Virus record (IMG/VR): IMGVR_UViG_3300012948_000388
Span: 1-47,577 of that record
DNA: 47,577 bases
From: a virus
Lineage: Duplodnaviria; Caudoviricetes
Direction: 5' to 3' (one strand)
Made by a program: the position numbers and the translations under genes. This document shows positions 23,788-32,210 of the stretch, piece after piece. Below the pieces are notes generated by a model. It saw only the letters and a list, made by a program, of their open reading frames with translations, ran no database searches and was not told the origin of the DNA. The first letter of the stretch is position 1, and the number at the start of each line of letters is the position of its first letter.

Positions 23788-25497
23788 GTGGCTGATTACG
23801 CCGTCGGGGCCGCTCGTGACCTTCCGATCAACACCGACCGCGCGTGGGACGCCGGCGCGGCGCGCGCGCGCATCTGGGACTGGGCCGGCTGGGACGCCAA
23901 CACCGCGCCCGACGCCTCGGGCGGCAAGACCCGTCAGGCCTTCCTCGTCTACGACCGCGACGCCGCCGACCAGAAGGGCGCCTACCGCCTGCCGTTCGCC
24001 GACGTCCTCGACGGGCGGCTGACGGCGATCGCCGCCGGTCTGCGCGCCGCCGCGAGCCGCTTGCCGCAGACGCAGGGGCTCTCGACCGAGGTGCGCGACC
24101 GCGCGCGCGGCGTCCTCGACGGCTACTTCGCCCGCATCCAGGAGCAGCGCGCCCCCGCGCACCCGTTCGGCTACCGCGTCGCGCCCGTCTTCGCGCGCGC
24201 GACCTCGTCCGACGCCGCGCTGCTCGAGAAGATCCGCGCCCAGGCGGTCGTCCCCGACGCCGTCTCGGAGAGCCAGCTCCTGATCGTGCGCAGCGTCATC
24301 TCCAGCGGCGAGCCCGACTCCTACAAGACGCTGATGGACGAGACGACGCTGCGCAACTACGCCGCCGACGCGGCGGCCGGCGTCAGCGTCCTCTACGGGC
24401 ACGACCAGTGGGCGATCGTCGGGCGCAGCTTCTCGGGCGCCTACGTCCCGCGCGGCGGGCGCTGCGAGTCCGAGTGCTACATCCCCGGCGGCGTCACGCT
24501 CGGCGGGCAGTCGACCGACGAGGTGATCCGCGCCGTCGAGCTCGGCCTCCTGCGCGACGTCTCGGTCGGCTTCTCGGGCGGGCGCATGCAGTGCACGATC
24601 TGCGAGCGCAGCATCTGGGACTTCGAGTGCCCGCACGTCCCCGGCGTCGAGTACGCGGTCGACGGCAAGCGCAAGCCGGTCACCTGCTACGTCCGCGTCG
24701 TCGACGCCCACCTGGCCGAGTACTCGCTCGTCTACGCCGGCTCGACGCCGGACGCGAGCGTGCTCTCGGCCAAGGCGCTGCAGGAGTCGGAGGCCGGGCG
24801 GCTTCCGCCCGAGACGGCGCGCGCGCTCGAGACGAGCTACCGCGTGCGCCTCCCCGGTAGCCACCACGCCTGGCCGGCGCAGCGCGCCGACGACACGGGC
24901 ACGCACGGTCCCGAGCACGAGGAGGACGACGACGACGACGAGGCGACCGAGGCGCCGCCCGACGACGAGGAGACGGCGGACGACGAGGACGACGAGACCG
25001 GCGACGAGGAGGAGCCCGTGACCAGGCCAACCAACCCGGCTAGCCCGCCGCTCGAGGAGCGGCTGCGCACGCTGCTCTCGACCGTCGTCGAGGGCGAGAT
25101 CGCCGACCCGCTCGGCGCCACGACCGCCGTCTGCGCCGAGCTGGCGCGCCTGCGCCCGACGACGACCGCGCTCGAGGACGCGCTCGCGACGCTGCGGGAG
25201 CAAGTCGCGTCCGACGCGGCGCTGCTCGCCTACGGCAAGGCCTGCTTCGAGCGCGACGTCGCGCACGCGCTCGCCGAGGGCCAGCGCGCGCTCGGCGAGC
25301 GCTTCGAGCGCGAGCGCTGGGAGCGCACGCTGCGCACGCTCGACCCGGAGGCGATCGCGACGCTCGCCGCCGGCTGGACCGCCGCCGGCGACGCGCTCTT
25401 CCGGGGCGGGCGGCAGACGAGCGACGCGGCGCAGCAGCCGAGCGGGCGCGCCGAGACGCCGATCTCGCCCGCGTTCGCCAGCGGCTTCCGCATCTAG
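23788..25497 (+). CDS. Prohead protease/scaffold fusion
   Basis: N-terminal accessory domain, protease motifs GHD, DVSVGF, CTIC..CPH, EYSLV; acidic linker; helical C-terminus. Confidence 0.82.
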   Translation: MADYAVGAARDLPINTDRAWDAGAARARIWDWAGWDANTAPDASGGKTRQAFLVYDRDAADQKGAYRLPFADVLDGRLTAIAAGLRAAASRLPQTQGLSTEVRDRARGVLDGYFARIQEQRAPAHPFGYRVAPVFARATSSDAALLEKIRAQAVVPDAVSESQLLIVRSVISSGEPDSYKTLMDETTLRNYAADAAAGVSVLYGHDQWAIVGRSFSGAYVPRGGRCESECYIPGGVTLGGQSTDEVIRAVELGLLRDVSVGFSGGRMQCTICERSIWDFECPHVPGVEYAVDGKRKPVTCYVRVVDAHLAEYSLVYAGSTPDASVLSAKALQESEAGRLPPETARALETSYRVRLPGSHHAWPAQRADDTGTHGPEHEEDDDDDEATEAPPDDEETADDEDDETGDEEEPVTRPTNPASPPLEERLRTLLSTVVEGEIADPLGATTAVCAELARLRPTTTALEDALATLREQVASDAALLAYGKACFERDVAHALAEGQRALGERFERERWERTLRTLDPEAIATLAAGWTAAGDALFRGGRQTSDAAQQPSGRAETPISPAFASGFRI

Positions 25498-25510
25498 GTA
25501 GGAGGAGGAG

Positions 25511-25951
25511 ATGCCCGACGCTCGTCTGACCGGCACGAACCGACTCGGTGCCGAGCCGCAGCGCAACCTGACCTTCCGCATCGACGGGACGACGATCACC
25601 TACGACGGGACGCAGCCCAACGGCACGGCGGTCGCCGGCCGCGCCGTCGGCCTGAAGTCGGGCTCGCCCGGCATCGTCGAGCTGGTCGCCGACGCCCAGA
25701 TGGTCGTCGGCCTCCTGCGCCACGTCGAGCAGGACGGCGCCTGCATGGTCGTCACCGACGGAGTCGTCAACCTCCCGTCGGGGGACGCCGCCCCCGGCGT
25801 CGGCACGCGCATCGTCGGCGGGACGCTCGCGACCGCGCGCGGCTACGTGCGCGCCGCCTCCTCGGCCGTCGCGGCCGAGACCGTGGCCGCGCGCGGCATG
25901 GTGATCGACAACGCGGTCACGACCGCGCTCGAAGTGCTGCTGGCCGGCTAG
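25511..25951 (+). CDS. Head decoration protein
   Basis: Small beta-rich protein between protease and capsid genes. Confidence 0.65.
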   Translation: MPDARLTGTNRLGAEPQRNLTFRIDGTTITYDGTQPNGTAVAGRAVGLKSGSPGIVELVADAQMVVGLLRHVEQDGACMVVTDGVVNLPSGDAAPGVGTRIVGGTLATARGYVRAASSAVAAETVAARGMVIDNAVTTALEVLLAG

Positions 25952-25971
25952 GACGGAGGGGGGACACGACG

Positions 25972-27264
25972 ATGACGATGACCGAGATCCGCCCGGCGCA
26001 GACGCGGCCCGACGGCGCCGCCCGGCCGCGCCGGCCGACGATCGAGTCGATGCGCGCCCGCGTCGGCGACCTGCTCGTGCAGATGCCGACCCACAACCTG
26101 CAGGACGCGGTCGTCCGCGACGGCTGGGCCAACCTCTCCGACCTGCTCGAGGCCGAGGACCCGTCCGATCAGGGCGACGCCGCGCTCGGGCTCGACGCCT
26201 TCCAGCGCATGATGCTCGTCAAGGGCATCAACACCGCCAGCCGGCCGGGGCGCATGGCCGACGAGGTCGAGGCCTTCGGCCGCGACGCCGAGGCGCGCGC
26301 GCTCTTCCCCGAGTGGGCGCGGCGGCAGTGGGAGGCGGGTCGCGGCGCGGCGCCGGTCACGACGCGCGCGCCGGCGCTCTACCTCTCGGGCGACTACGTC
26401 GCGGGCACGATCCAGCGGCCCTACGACGACGACCGGACGCTGCGCTTCACCGAGACGCAGCCGGCCGTCCCGCTGGTCGAGATGATCGCGCGCACGCGCG
26501 GCAACGCCGGCCGCGACTACCGCGCCCGGCGCCTGGTCCAGCCCGCCGCCGCCGACGTGCGCATGCTGCGCGTCGCCGAGGCGGCCGAGCTGCCCGAGGC
26601 GGTGATCCGCGAGACGCAGTCGGTCATCCAGCTCTCGAAGTACGGCCGCAAGCTGACCGCGTCCTACGAGGCGCTGCGGCGGCTGCCGCTCGACGACTTC
26701 GCGGTCTACATCCGCCTGCTCGGCATCCAGACCGAGGTCGATCAGGTCGACGCCGCCCTCGACGTCATGATCAACGGCGACGGCAACCCCGGCACCGCCG
26801 CCACGACCTACAACCTGACGACGCTCGACCCCGGCACGACCGTCAACAACCTGAGCGTCGCCGGCTGGCTCGCCTTCCTGACGACCTGGCAGAACCCGTA
26901 CGCGATGTCGGCCGTCATCGGCCAGCAGGCCGCGATCATCAAGCTGCTCATGCTGGCGATGCCGTCGGTCAACCTGCTCGCGACGACGCTCCCGGTCTCC
27001 AGCGGCATCACCCAGGCGTTCACGCCGATGAACACCCGGCTGACGCAGGGCCAGCGCTACGGCATCACCGCCTCGGCGCCGGTCTCCAAGCTCGTCGGCT
27101 TCGACGGCCGCTTCGCGCTCGAGCAGGTGCGCGAGAACGGCTCGCAGATCTCGGAGTCCGAGCGCTGGATCACCCGGCAGACCGAGACGCTGACCTTCAG
27201 CTTCAACGAGGCCTTCGCGGTCTTCATCACCGGGCAGGCCCACATCCTCAACATTGCAGCCTAG
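25972..27264 (+). CDS. Major capsid protein
   Basis: 430 aa; RVAEAAELP, KYGRKLTASYEALRR, INGDGN; position. Confidence 0.88.
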   Translation: MTMTEIRPAQTRPDGAARPRRPTIESMRARVGDLLVQMPTHNLQDAVVRDGWANLSDLLEAEDPSDQGDAALGLDAFQRMMLVKGINTASRPGRMADEVEAFGRDAEARALFPEWARRQWEAGRGAAPVTTRAPALYLSGDYVAGTIQRPYDDDRTLRFTETQPAVPLVEMIARTRGNAGRDYRARRLVQPAAADVRMLRVAEAAELPEAVIRETQSVIQLSKYGRKLTASYEALRRLPLDDFAVYIRLLGIQTEVDQVDAALDVMINGDGNPGTAATTYNLTTLDPGTTVNNLSVAGWLAFLTTWQNPYAMSAVIGQQAAIIKLLMLAMPSVNLLATTLPVSSGITQAFTPMNTRLTQGQRYGITASAPVSKLVGFDGRFALEQVRENGSQISESERWITRQTETLTFSFNEAFAVFITGQAHILNIAA

Positions 27265-27303
27265 CCCTAGCTTGACGACCTGCTTTCCGATAGGAGGAAC
27301 GCG

Positions 27304-27567
27304 ATGAGCGAGGCGGCGGTCGAGACGACCTGGGTCAAGACGCACCCCGACGAGGGCGAGCGGGTCGGCCTCGCCGAGCGCGACCCGGCGCACCCCAAGT
27401 CGGCCGACTTCCCCGACGGCGGCGAGGTCTACGTCGCCGGCCAGGCGCAGGCGCCGCAGCTGGTCGCCAAGACCGTCGGCGTGCTGGCGGCGCTGGCGGC
27501 CAAGCGCCTCGTCGAGGTCGCGGCGCCGGCGCCGCCACCCGCGCCGGCGCCGCGCCGGACCGCCTAG
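27304..27567 (+). CDS. Small virion-associated protein
   Basis: AGGAGG RBS after the capsid gene. Confidence 0.7.
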   Translation: MSEAAVETTWVKTHPDEGERVGLAERDPAHPKSADFPDGGEVYVAGQAQAPQLVAKTVGVLAALAAKRLVEVAAPAPPPAPAPRRTA

Positions 27568-27568
27568 C

Positions 27569-28021
27569 GTGCCGACGCCGCTGCTCGGCGCGGCCGACTA
27601 CCCCGAGGTGCGCGCCGCGCTTGACACCAGCCTGACGGCCGAGCTATTGCCCGACGCGATCCTGGCGCTCCCGATCTACGTGCCGGCCGGGATCGCCGAC
27701 GTGCTCGCGATCGACCCCGGCGCCGAGGCGCGCACCGGCGCCGACGGCGCCGCCGTCCACCGGGCGGCGGTCTGCTTCTCGGCCGCGCGCCTGGCGGTCG
27801 CCGCCCCGGCGATCCAGTCCGAGGCCTTCGGCGACGTCACCTACGACCGGGGCACGGTCGACTACGCCGCGCGCGCGGCGACGCTGCGCGCGATCGCCAC
27901 GGCCGCGATCGGGGCGGTGGCGGCCGTCGCCGGCGTGGGCGCCAGCGCGCCGCTGCTCGTCGTCGCGCCGGCCGGCCGCCCGCTCGTCGGCGTCAACCGC
28001 ACGCGCTGGGCCCGCTGGTGA
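27569..28021 (+). CDS. Head-tail adaptor
   Basis: EVRAAL..LPD, IQSEAFGDVTY; position. Confidence 0.65.
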   Translation: MPTPLLGAADYPEVRAALDTSLTAELLPDAILALPIYVPAGIADVLAIDPGAEARTGADGAAVHRAAVCFSAARLAVAAPAIQSEAFGDVTYDRGTVDYAARAATLRAIATAAIGAVAAVAGVGASAPLLVVAPAGRPLVGVNRTRWARW

Positions 28022-28389
28022 CCCCGCGCAACACGGCGCTCGCGCGCGCGCTCGTCGCCCGGCAGCTGACGGGCCGCTGCCAGATCATCGCGCGCGCGTC
28101 GACCGAGCGCGATCCCTACGGCGGCACGCGCCCGGTCACGACGACCGTCCCGGTCGCCTGCGCCGTGCAGCCGGCGCGGGTGACGGGCGCGCGCGAGCTG
28201 GTCGAGGCCGGCGTCGCGGGCGCGACCTCGAACTGGCGGATCTACCTGCCGGCGCAGACGACGATCGACGCCGACGCCGAGATCGAGTGGCTCGACCCGA
28301 CGCCGACGCGCCGCTTCCGCGTCATCGAGGTCGACGGCGGCCAGACGGCCGAGGTGACGCGCCGCGCCTACTGCGTCGAGCGCGACTAG
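28018..28389 (+). CDS. Head closure (stopper) protein
   Basis: RDPYGG, WRIYLP, beta-rich. Confidence 0.7.
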   Translation: MTPRNTALARALVARQLTGRCQIIARASTERDPYGGTRPVTTTVPVACAVQPARVTGARELVEAGVAGATSNWRIYLPAQTTIDADAEIEWLDPTPTRRFRVIEVDGGQTAEVTRRAYCVERD

Positions 28390-28401
28390 CGAGGAGGGAC
28401 G

Positions 28402-28584
28402 ATGGAGGAGATGCCGGCCCCGATCCGACGGCTGATCATCGCCGACCCGACGACCGGGATCACCGTCGGCGTGACCGAGGCCGAGTACGCCGCGACGCCG
28501 GTCGGCCCGAACGGCGAGACGTACCAGGCGCTCGGCTGGCTGATCCTGCGCTGGACCGACAACACGCCCCACGCGCCGGCCTAG
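28402..28584 (+). CDS. Hypothetical protein
   Basis: GAGGAGG RBS. Confidence 0.7.
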   Translation: MEEMPAPIRRLIIADPTTGITVGVTEAEYAATPVGPNGETYQALGWLILRWTDNTPHAPA

Positions 28585-28586
28585 CC

Positions 28587-28943
28587 GTGGCGGGAGGGCT
28601 CGCGGTCGGCGTGCGGATCACCTACAACCGCGTCCCGACGCTCGGGCCGCGCGTCGCGGCGACGCTCGAGCGCGGGACGCAGGAGTCGGGGCAGCGCATC
28701 GCCGATCGCGCGCGCGACTACACGCCGCCGCGCGTCGCGACCGGCGCGATGATGGAGGGCTACCGCGTCGCGCCGGCGGGACGCCTCCGCTGGCGCGTCT
28801 TCAACACCCAGGACTACCACGTCTTCCAGGAGCTCGGCACGGCGACGATCAGCCCGCACCCGATGCTGATCCCGGCCGCCGCCGAGGAGGAGCACGCCTA
28901 CGCCGACCGCTGGGCGCGGGATCTCCGCGCGACGCTGGGCTAG
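28587..28943 (+). CDS. HK97 gp10-like neck protein
   Basis: P.VATGAM, YHVFQELGT..ISPHPMLIPA. Confidence 0.8.
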   Translation: MAGGLAVGVRITYNRVPTLGPRVAATLERGTQESGQRIADRARDYTPPRVATGAMMEGYRVAPAGRLRWRVFNTQDYHVFQELGTATISPHPMLIPAAAEEEHAYADRWARDLRATLG

Positions 28944-28946
28944 GGC

Positions 28947-29402
28947 GTGGCCGCCTGGACGCCGCCCCTGGTCGGCGAGCAGCGCCTCGTCGCGGTGCTG
29001 ATGGCGCGCGCGCTCGCCGACACGGTGCTCAACACCGACCTGGGCGTCGGCGGACGGATCTACCAGCAGCAGGCGCCGCCGGATACGCTCTACCCGCTCG
29101 TGACGATGACGGTCTTCTCGTCGATCGACGTGACGACGCTCGGCGGCCGCCACGTCTGGCAGGACGTGCGGCTCTTGCTGAAGGTGATCGGCCGCGAGGT
29201 CTACTACGCGCCGCTCGTTCCGATCGCCGAGCGGCTGGCCGTCCTCTTCGACGGCTACGCGGTCGCGAGCCAGGGCGTCGTCGTCGCGCGCCTGCGCCGC
29301 GCGCTCTCGCCTCCCGAGCCGCCCGAGACCGCGCCGGGCGGGCAGATCTACGCCTTCGTCAACCAGCTCTTCCGCAGCGAGGTCTGGCCGCTCGCCAGCT
29401 AG
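28947..29402 (+). CDS. Tail terminator
   Basis: GRIYQQQAPPDTLYPLV; position before the tail tube gene. Confidence 0.75.
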   Translation: MAAWTPPLVGEQRLVAVLMARALADTVLNTDLGVGGRIYQQQAPPDTLYPLVTMTVFSSIDVTTLGGRHVWQDVRLLLKVIGREVYYAPLVPIAERLAVLFDGYAVASQGVVVARLRRALSPPEPPETAPGGQIYAFVNQLFRSEVWPLAS

Positions 29403-29423
29403 CACCCGAGAGGAGGGACGCCC

Positions 29424-30737
29424 GTGGCCGCCACGGACATCGCGCTCGTCAGCCAGGTCGACCAGATCGGCGTCGAGGCCATCGGCTCCGAGGGCGTCGC
29501 CGTCACGACCAACCGCCTCCTGCAGGCGATGTCGCTCTCGGTCAACCCCGCCTACGAGATCCAGGTCTTCGGGCCGGCCGGGCAGAAGGCCGACACGCTC
29601 TCGATCATGAACAAGGAGTGGGCGACCGGCGACGTCGCCGGCGCGCCGACCTACGACGAGCTGGTCGTGCCGTTCTCGTCGATCTTCGGCAACGGCGTGA
29701 CCGACGTCCCGCCGGGCGGGACCGCCAGCCGCCGCTGGAGCTTCGCCCCCCGGCCGGTGCAGAAGGACGTCTGCCGCACGTTCACTCACCAGAAGGGCTC
29801 GCCCGGCGCGCAGAACGCGACCAAGTCGAGCGGGCTGATCTTCTCGGCCTTCGGCTTCTCGCTCTCGAAGTCGGGCGGGACCAGCCTCTCGGGCACCGTC
29901 ATCGCCGGCCGCCAGTCGCAGGACCAGTGGCTCGACGGCGGCGAGGTGCAGCGGATCACGATCACGGGCGCGCCGACCGGCGGGACGTTCACGCTCACGC
30001 TCGGCGCGAACACGACCAGCGCGATCGCCTACAACGCCGCCGCCGGCGTCGTCGAGGCGGCGCTGAACGCGCTCGCCTCGGTCGTCGCGCTCGGCGGCGT
30101 CAGCTGCGCCGGCGGGCCGCTGCCGGCGACCGCGATCGACGTCGCCTTCCCGTCGGCGACGAGCGACCCGGCGGCGATGACCGCGACCAGCTCCTTGACC
30201 GGCGGCTCGACGCCGGCGGTCACGATCAGCGTGCCGGCGCCCTACGCGGCGGTGACGAGCTTCCCGCTCGTGCCGATCGCGCCCGGGCAGGTCGACGTCT
30301 TCATGGACGACACCTACGCCGCGCTCGGGACGAGCCAGCTCCTGCGCGACTTCGTCGTCGAGTTCAGCTTCGGCGACCGGCGCAACCCGATCTGGCCGCT
30401 CAACACGGCGCTCAGCTCGTTCGACGGCACGGTCGAGATCAAGCCCAACCCGACGCTCAGCCTGAAGCTGGGCAACGACCCGAAGGGGCGCAGCCTCTAC
30501 ACGACGATCCGCACCGGCGGGCGCAAGTACGTGCGCGTCACGGCGACGGGGCCGACGATCGAGGCCGCGATCAGCTACAAGCTGACCTTCGACGCCTGCG
30601 TGATCGTCTCCGACAGCCCGTCGTCCGACGACGAGGACGGGCTGTCGACGCTGACGATCCCGTTCCGCTGCGTCTACGATCAGACGGCCAACCTGTGGAT
30701 GAAGGCCGAGCTGATCAATAAAACGCTTACTTTGTGA
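29424..30737 (+). CDS. Major tail tube protein with inserted accessory domain
   Basis: QIGVE N-terminus; internal EVQRITITGAPTGGTFTLT..TSAIAYNA module. Confidence 0.8.
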   Translation: MAATDIALVSQVDQIGVEAIGSEGVAVTTNRLLQAMSLSVNPAYEIQVFGPAGQKADTLSIMNKEWATGDVAGAPTYDELVVPFSSIFGNGVTDVPPGGTASRRWSFAPRPVQKDVCRTFTHQKGSPGAQNATKSSGLIFSAFGFSLSKSGGTSLSGTVIAGRQSQDQWLDGGEVQRITITGAPTGGTFTLTLGANTTSAIAYNAAAGVVEAALNALASVVALGGVSCAGGPLPATAIDVAFPSATSDPAAMTATSSLTGGSTPAVTISVPAPYAAVTSFPLVPIAPGQVDVFMDDTYAALGTSQLLRDFVVEFSFGDRRNPIWPLNTALSSFDGTVEIKPNPTLSLKLGNDPKGRSLYTTIRTGGRKYVRVTATGPTIEAAISYKLTFDACVIVSDSPSSDDEDGLSTLTIPFRCVYDQTANLWMKAELINKTLTL

Positions 30738-31203
30738 CGCGTCGTGGCTTGGCGACGTACGCGTGCTCGCGCTCGGGCAGGCCACCCTGTCGCAGCCGGC
30801 CACACTCGCGGCACTGTCGGTATCCGCGCGGGGTGATGTGCGTGTTCTCGGGCGTGAACGGATGGCCGTGGGGGCAGGCGTCGGCGCGCGAGCGCGCGAT
30901 CGAGGGTGCCACGCCGCGCCGGATGTTCGTGCGCGCCGAGACGGCCTCCAGGTGCGCGGGATTCACGCACAGCGTGTTGCGGCAGAGGTGATCGAGGTGC
31001 AGGCCAGCCGGAATCGGGCCGACGAGCAGTTCGTAGGCGACGCGGTGCGCGCCGATCATCCCGGTCCCGGCGCGCCCGCGCGCGATCTGCCCGTAGCCGA
31101 CGCCGTTGGTCGAGGCCAACCAGGGCCAGCACTCGTCGGATCCGCGCCGCGCGACCTTCGGCCAGAACCGATCCGCGAGCGGGCGAACGGCGCGCGGCTG
31201 CAC
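30727..31203 (-). CDS. HNH homing endonuclease, antisense within the tail operon
   Basis: RFWPKV..CWPW..GYG..AHRVAY..DHLCRN..CVNPAHLE; TATAAT (complement of 31210-31215) 6 nt before GTG 31203. Confidence 0.9.
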   Translation of the reverse strand: MQPRAVRPLADRFWPKVARRGSDECWPWLASTNGVGYGQIARGRAGTGMIGAHRVAYELLVGPIPAGLHLDHLCRNTLCVNPAHLEAVSARTNIRRGVAPSIARSRADACPHGHPFTPENTHITPRGYRQCRECGRLRQGGLPEREHAYVAKPRRVTK

Positions 31204-31249
31204 GCGCGCATTATAGCGACGATGGAGATATGTTGATGAGGAGGACGCG

Positions 31250-31642
31250 ATGCCGACGCTCGCCGACCTGATCGCCGACCGGCGCACGATCCGCGTCCCG
31301 GTCAACGGCAAGGCGCTCGCCGAGTGCCAGCCGGACGAGATCGTGACGCTCGTCTACCGGCCCTCGGCCGCCGACCTCGAGATGGAGCAGACGGGGCGCG
31401 CGCTGCGCGAGGCGTCGCGACCGCTCGCCGCCCTCTCCGAGACGCTGCACCACCTGCTCGTCAGCTGGGACGTCGAGCAGCCCAGGACCGACGCCAAGGG
31501 CAAGCCCGTCACCGGCGCCGACGGTCGGCCGGTGCTGGAGCCCTGCCCGCTGACGGTCGAGGCGCTCGGGCGCCTGGGCGTGCGCCGGCTGGGCGACTGG
31601 CACGAGGCGATCACGCGCGACCTCTTCCCGGACCGAGCGTAG
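31250..31642 (+). CDS. Tail assembly chaperone (gpG-like)
   Basis: GAGGAGG RBS; LLVSWDV; between tail tube and tape measure genes. Confidence 0.75.
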   Translation: MPTLADLIADRRTIRVPVNGKALAECQPDEIVTLVYRPSAADLEMEQTGRALREASRPLAALSETLHHLLVSWDVEQPRTDAKGKPVTGADGRPVLEPCPLTVEALGRLGVRRLGDWHEAITRDLFPDRA

Positions 31643-31899
31643 GCTGGCCCCTGCAGCAGTACCTCGTCAACGACGGGCTGCTGGGCGAGGCGCCAGCCTG
31701 GTACGCGGACTTCAGCATGCTGACGCGCGCGGCGCGCTACCTGAACTGCTCGCTGCTCGAGCTGGTGCCGGCCTTGCGCCCGCACTGGCGCGTGCTCGCG
31801 GCGATGGCGCGCATCGCCGAGATCGCCGAGGAGCGCGCCGCGCACGAGGTCGCCGTCACCCGCCGGCGGCAGGCCGAGCGGCGGCGGCGGCTGGGCTGA
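31630..31899 (+). CDS. Tail assembly chaperone extension (gpT-like, -1 frame; start approximate)
   Basis: Open -1 frame overlapping the chaperone end: PLQQYLVNDG...AARYLNCS; no clear RBS/start of its own. Confidence 0.6.
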   Translation, partial: GPSVGWPLQQYLVNDGLLGEAPAWYADFSMLTRAARYLNCSLLELVPALRPHWRVLAAMARIAEIAEERAAHEVAVTRRRQAERRRRLG

Positions 31900-32150
31900 T
31901 GACGCTCGACGAGCGCGCGGGGCTGCGCTACCGCGCGCCCGACCTGATCCGCTGCCCGCGCTGCCGGCGGGTGCTCGGCGAGCGGGTCGAGGGGCTCGCG
32001 CTCGTCAAGCACCGGGGCCGGCGCGCGCTCGCCGTCTGGGTCGGCTGCGACGCCTGCCCCGACGGCTGGACGAGCGATCAGCACCGCGCGCTCGTCGACC
32101 GCGCGCGCGGACTCTCCCGCTTGACAGACGAGACGGCGCGGGTAGACTGA
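31899..32150 (+). CDS. Com-like Zn-ribbon protein
   Basis: IRCPRCRRVLG...CDAC. Confidence 0.7.
   Translation: MTLDERAGLRYRAPDLIRCPRCRRVLGERVEGLALVKHRGRRALAVWVGCDACPDGWTSDQHRALVDRARGLSRLTDETARVD
32121..32148 (+). promoter_or_regulatory. Putative promoter upstream of the tape measure gene
   Basis: TTGACA-N16-TAGACT. Confidence 0.6.
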
Positions 32151-32210
32151 CGACGACGACGCGCGGGCTCCGCTGACCGCCGCCGCCCCCGGGGGAACGA
32201 GGGCGCCGGT

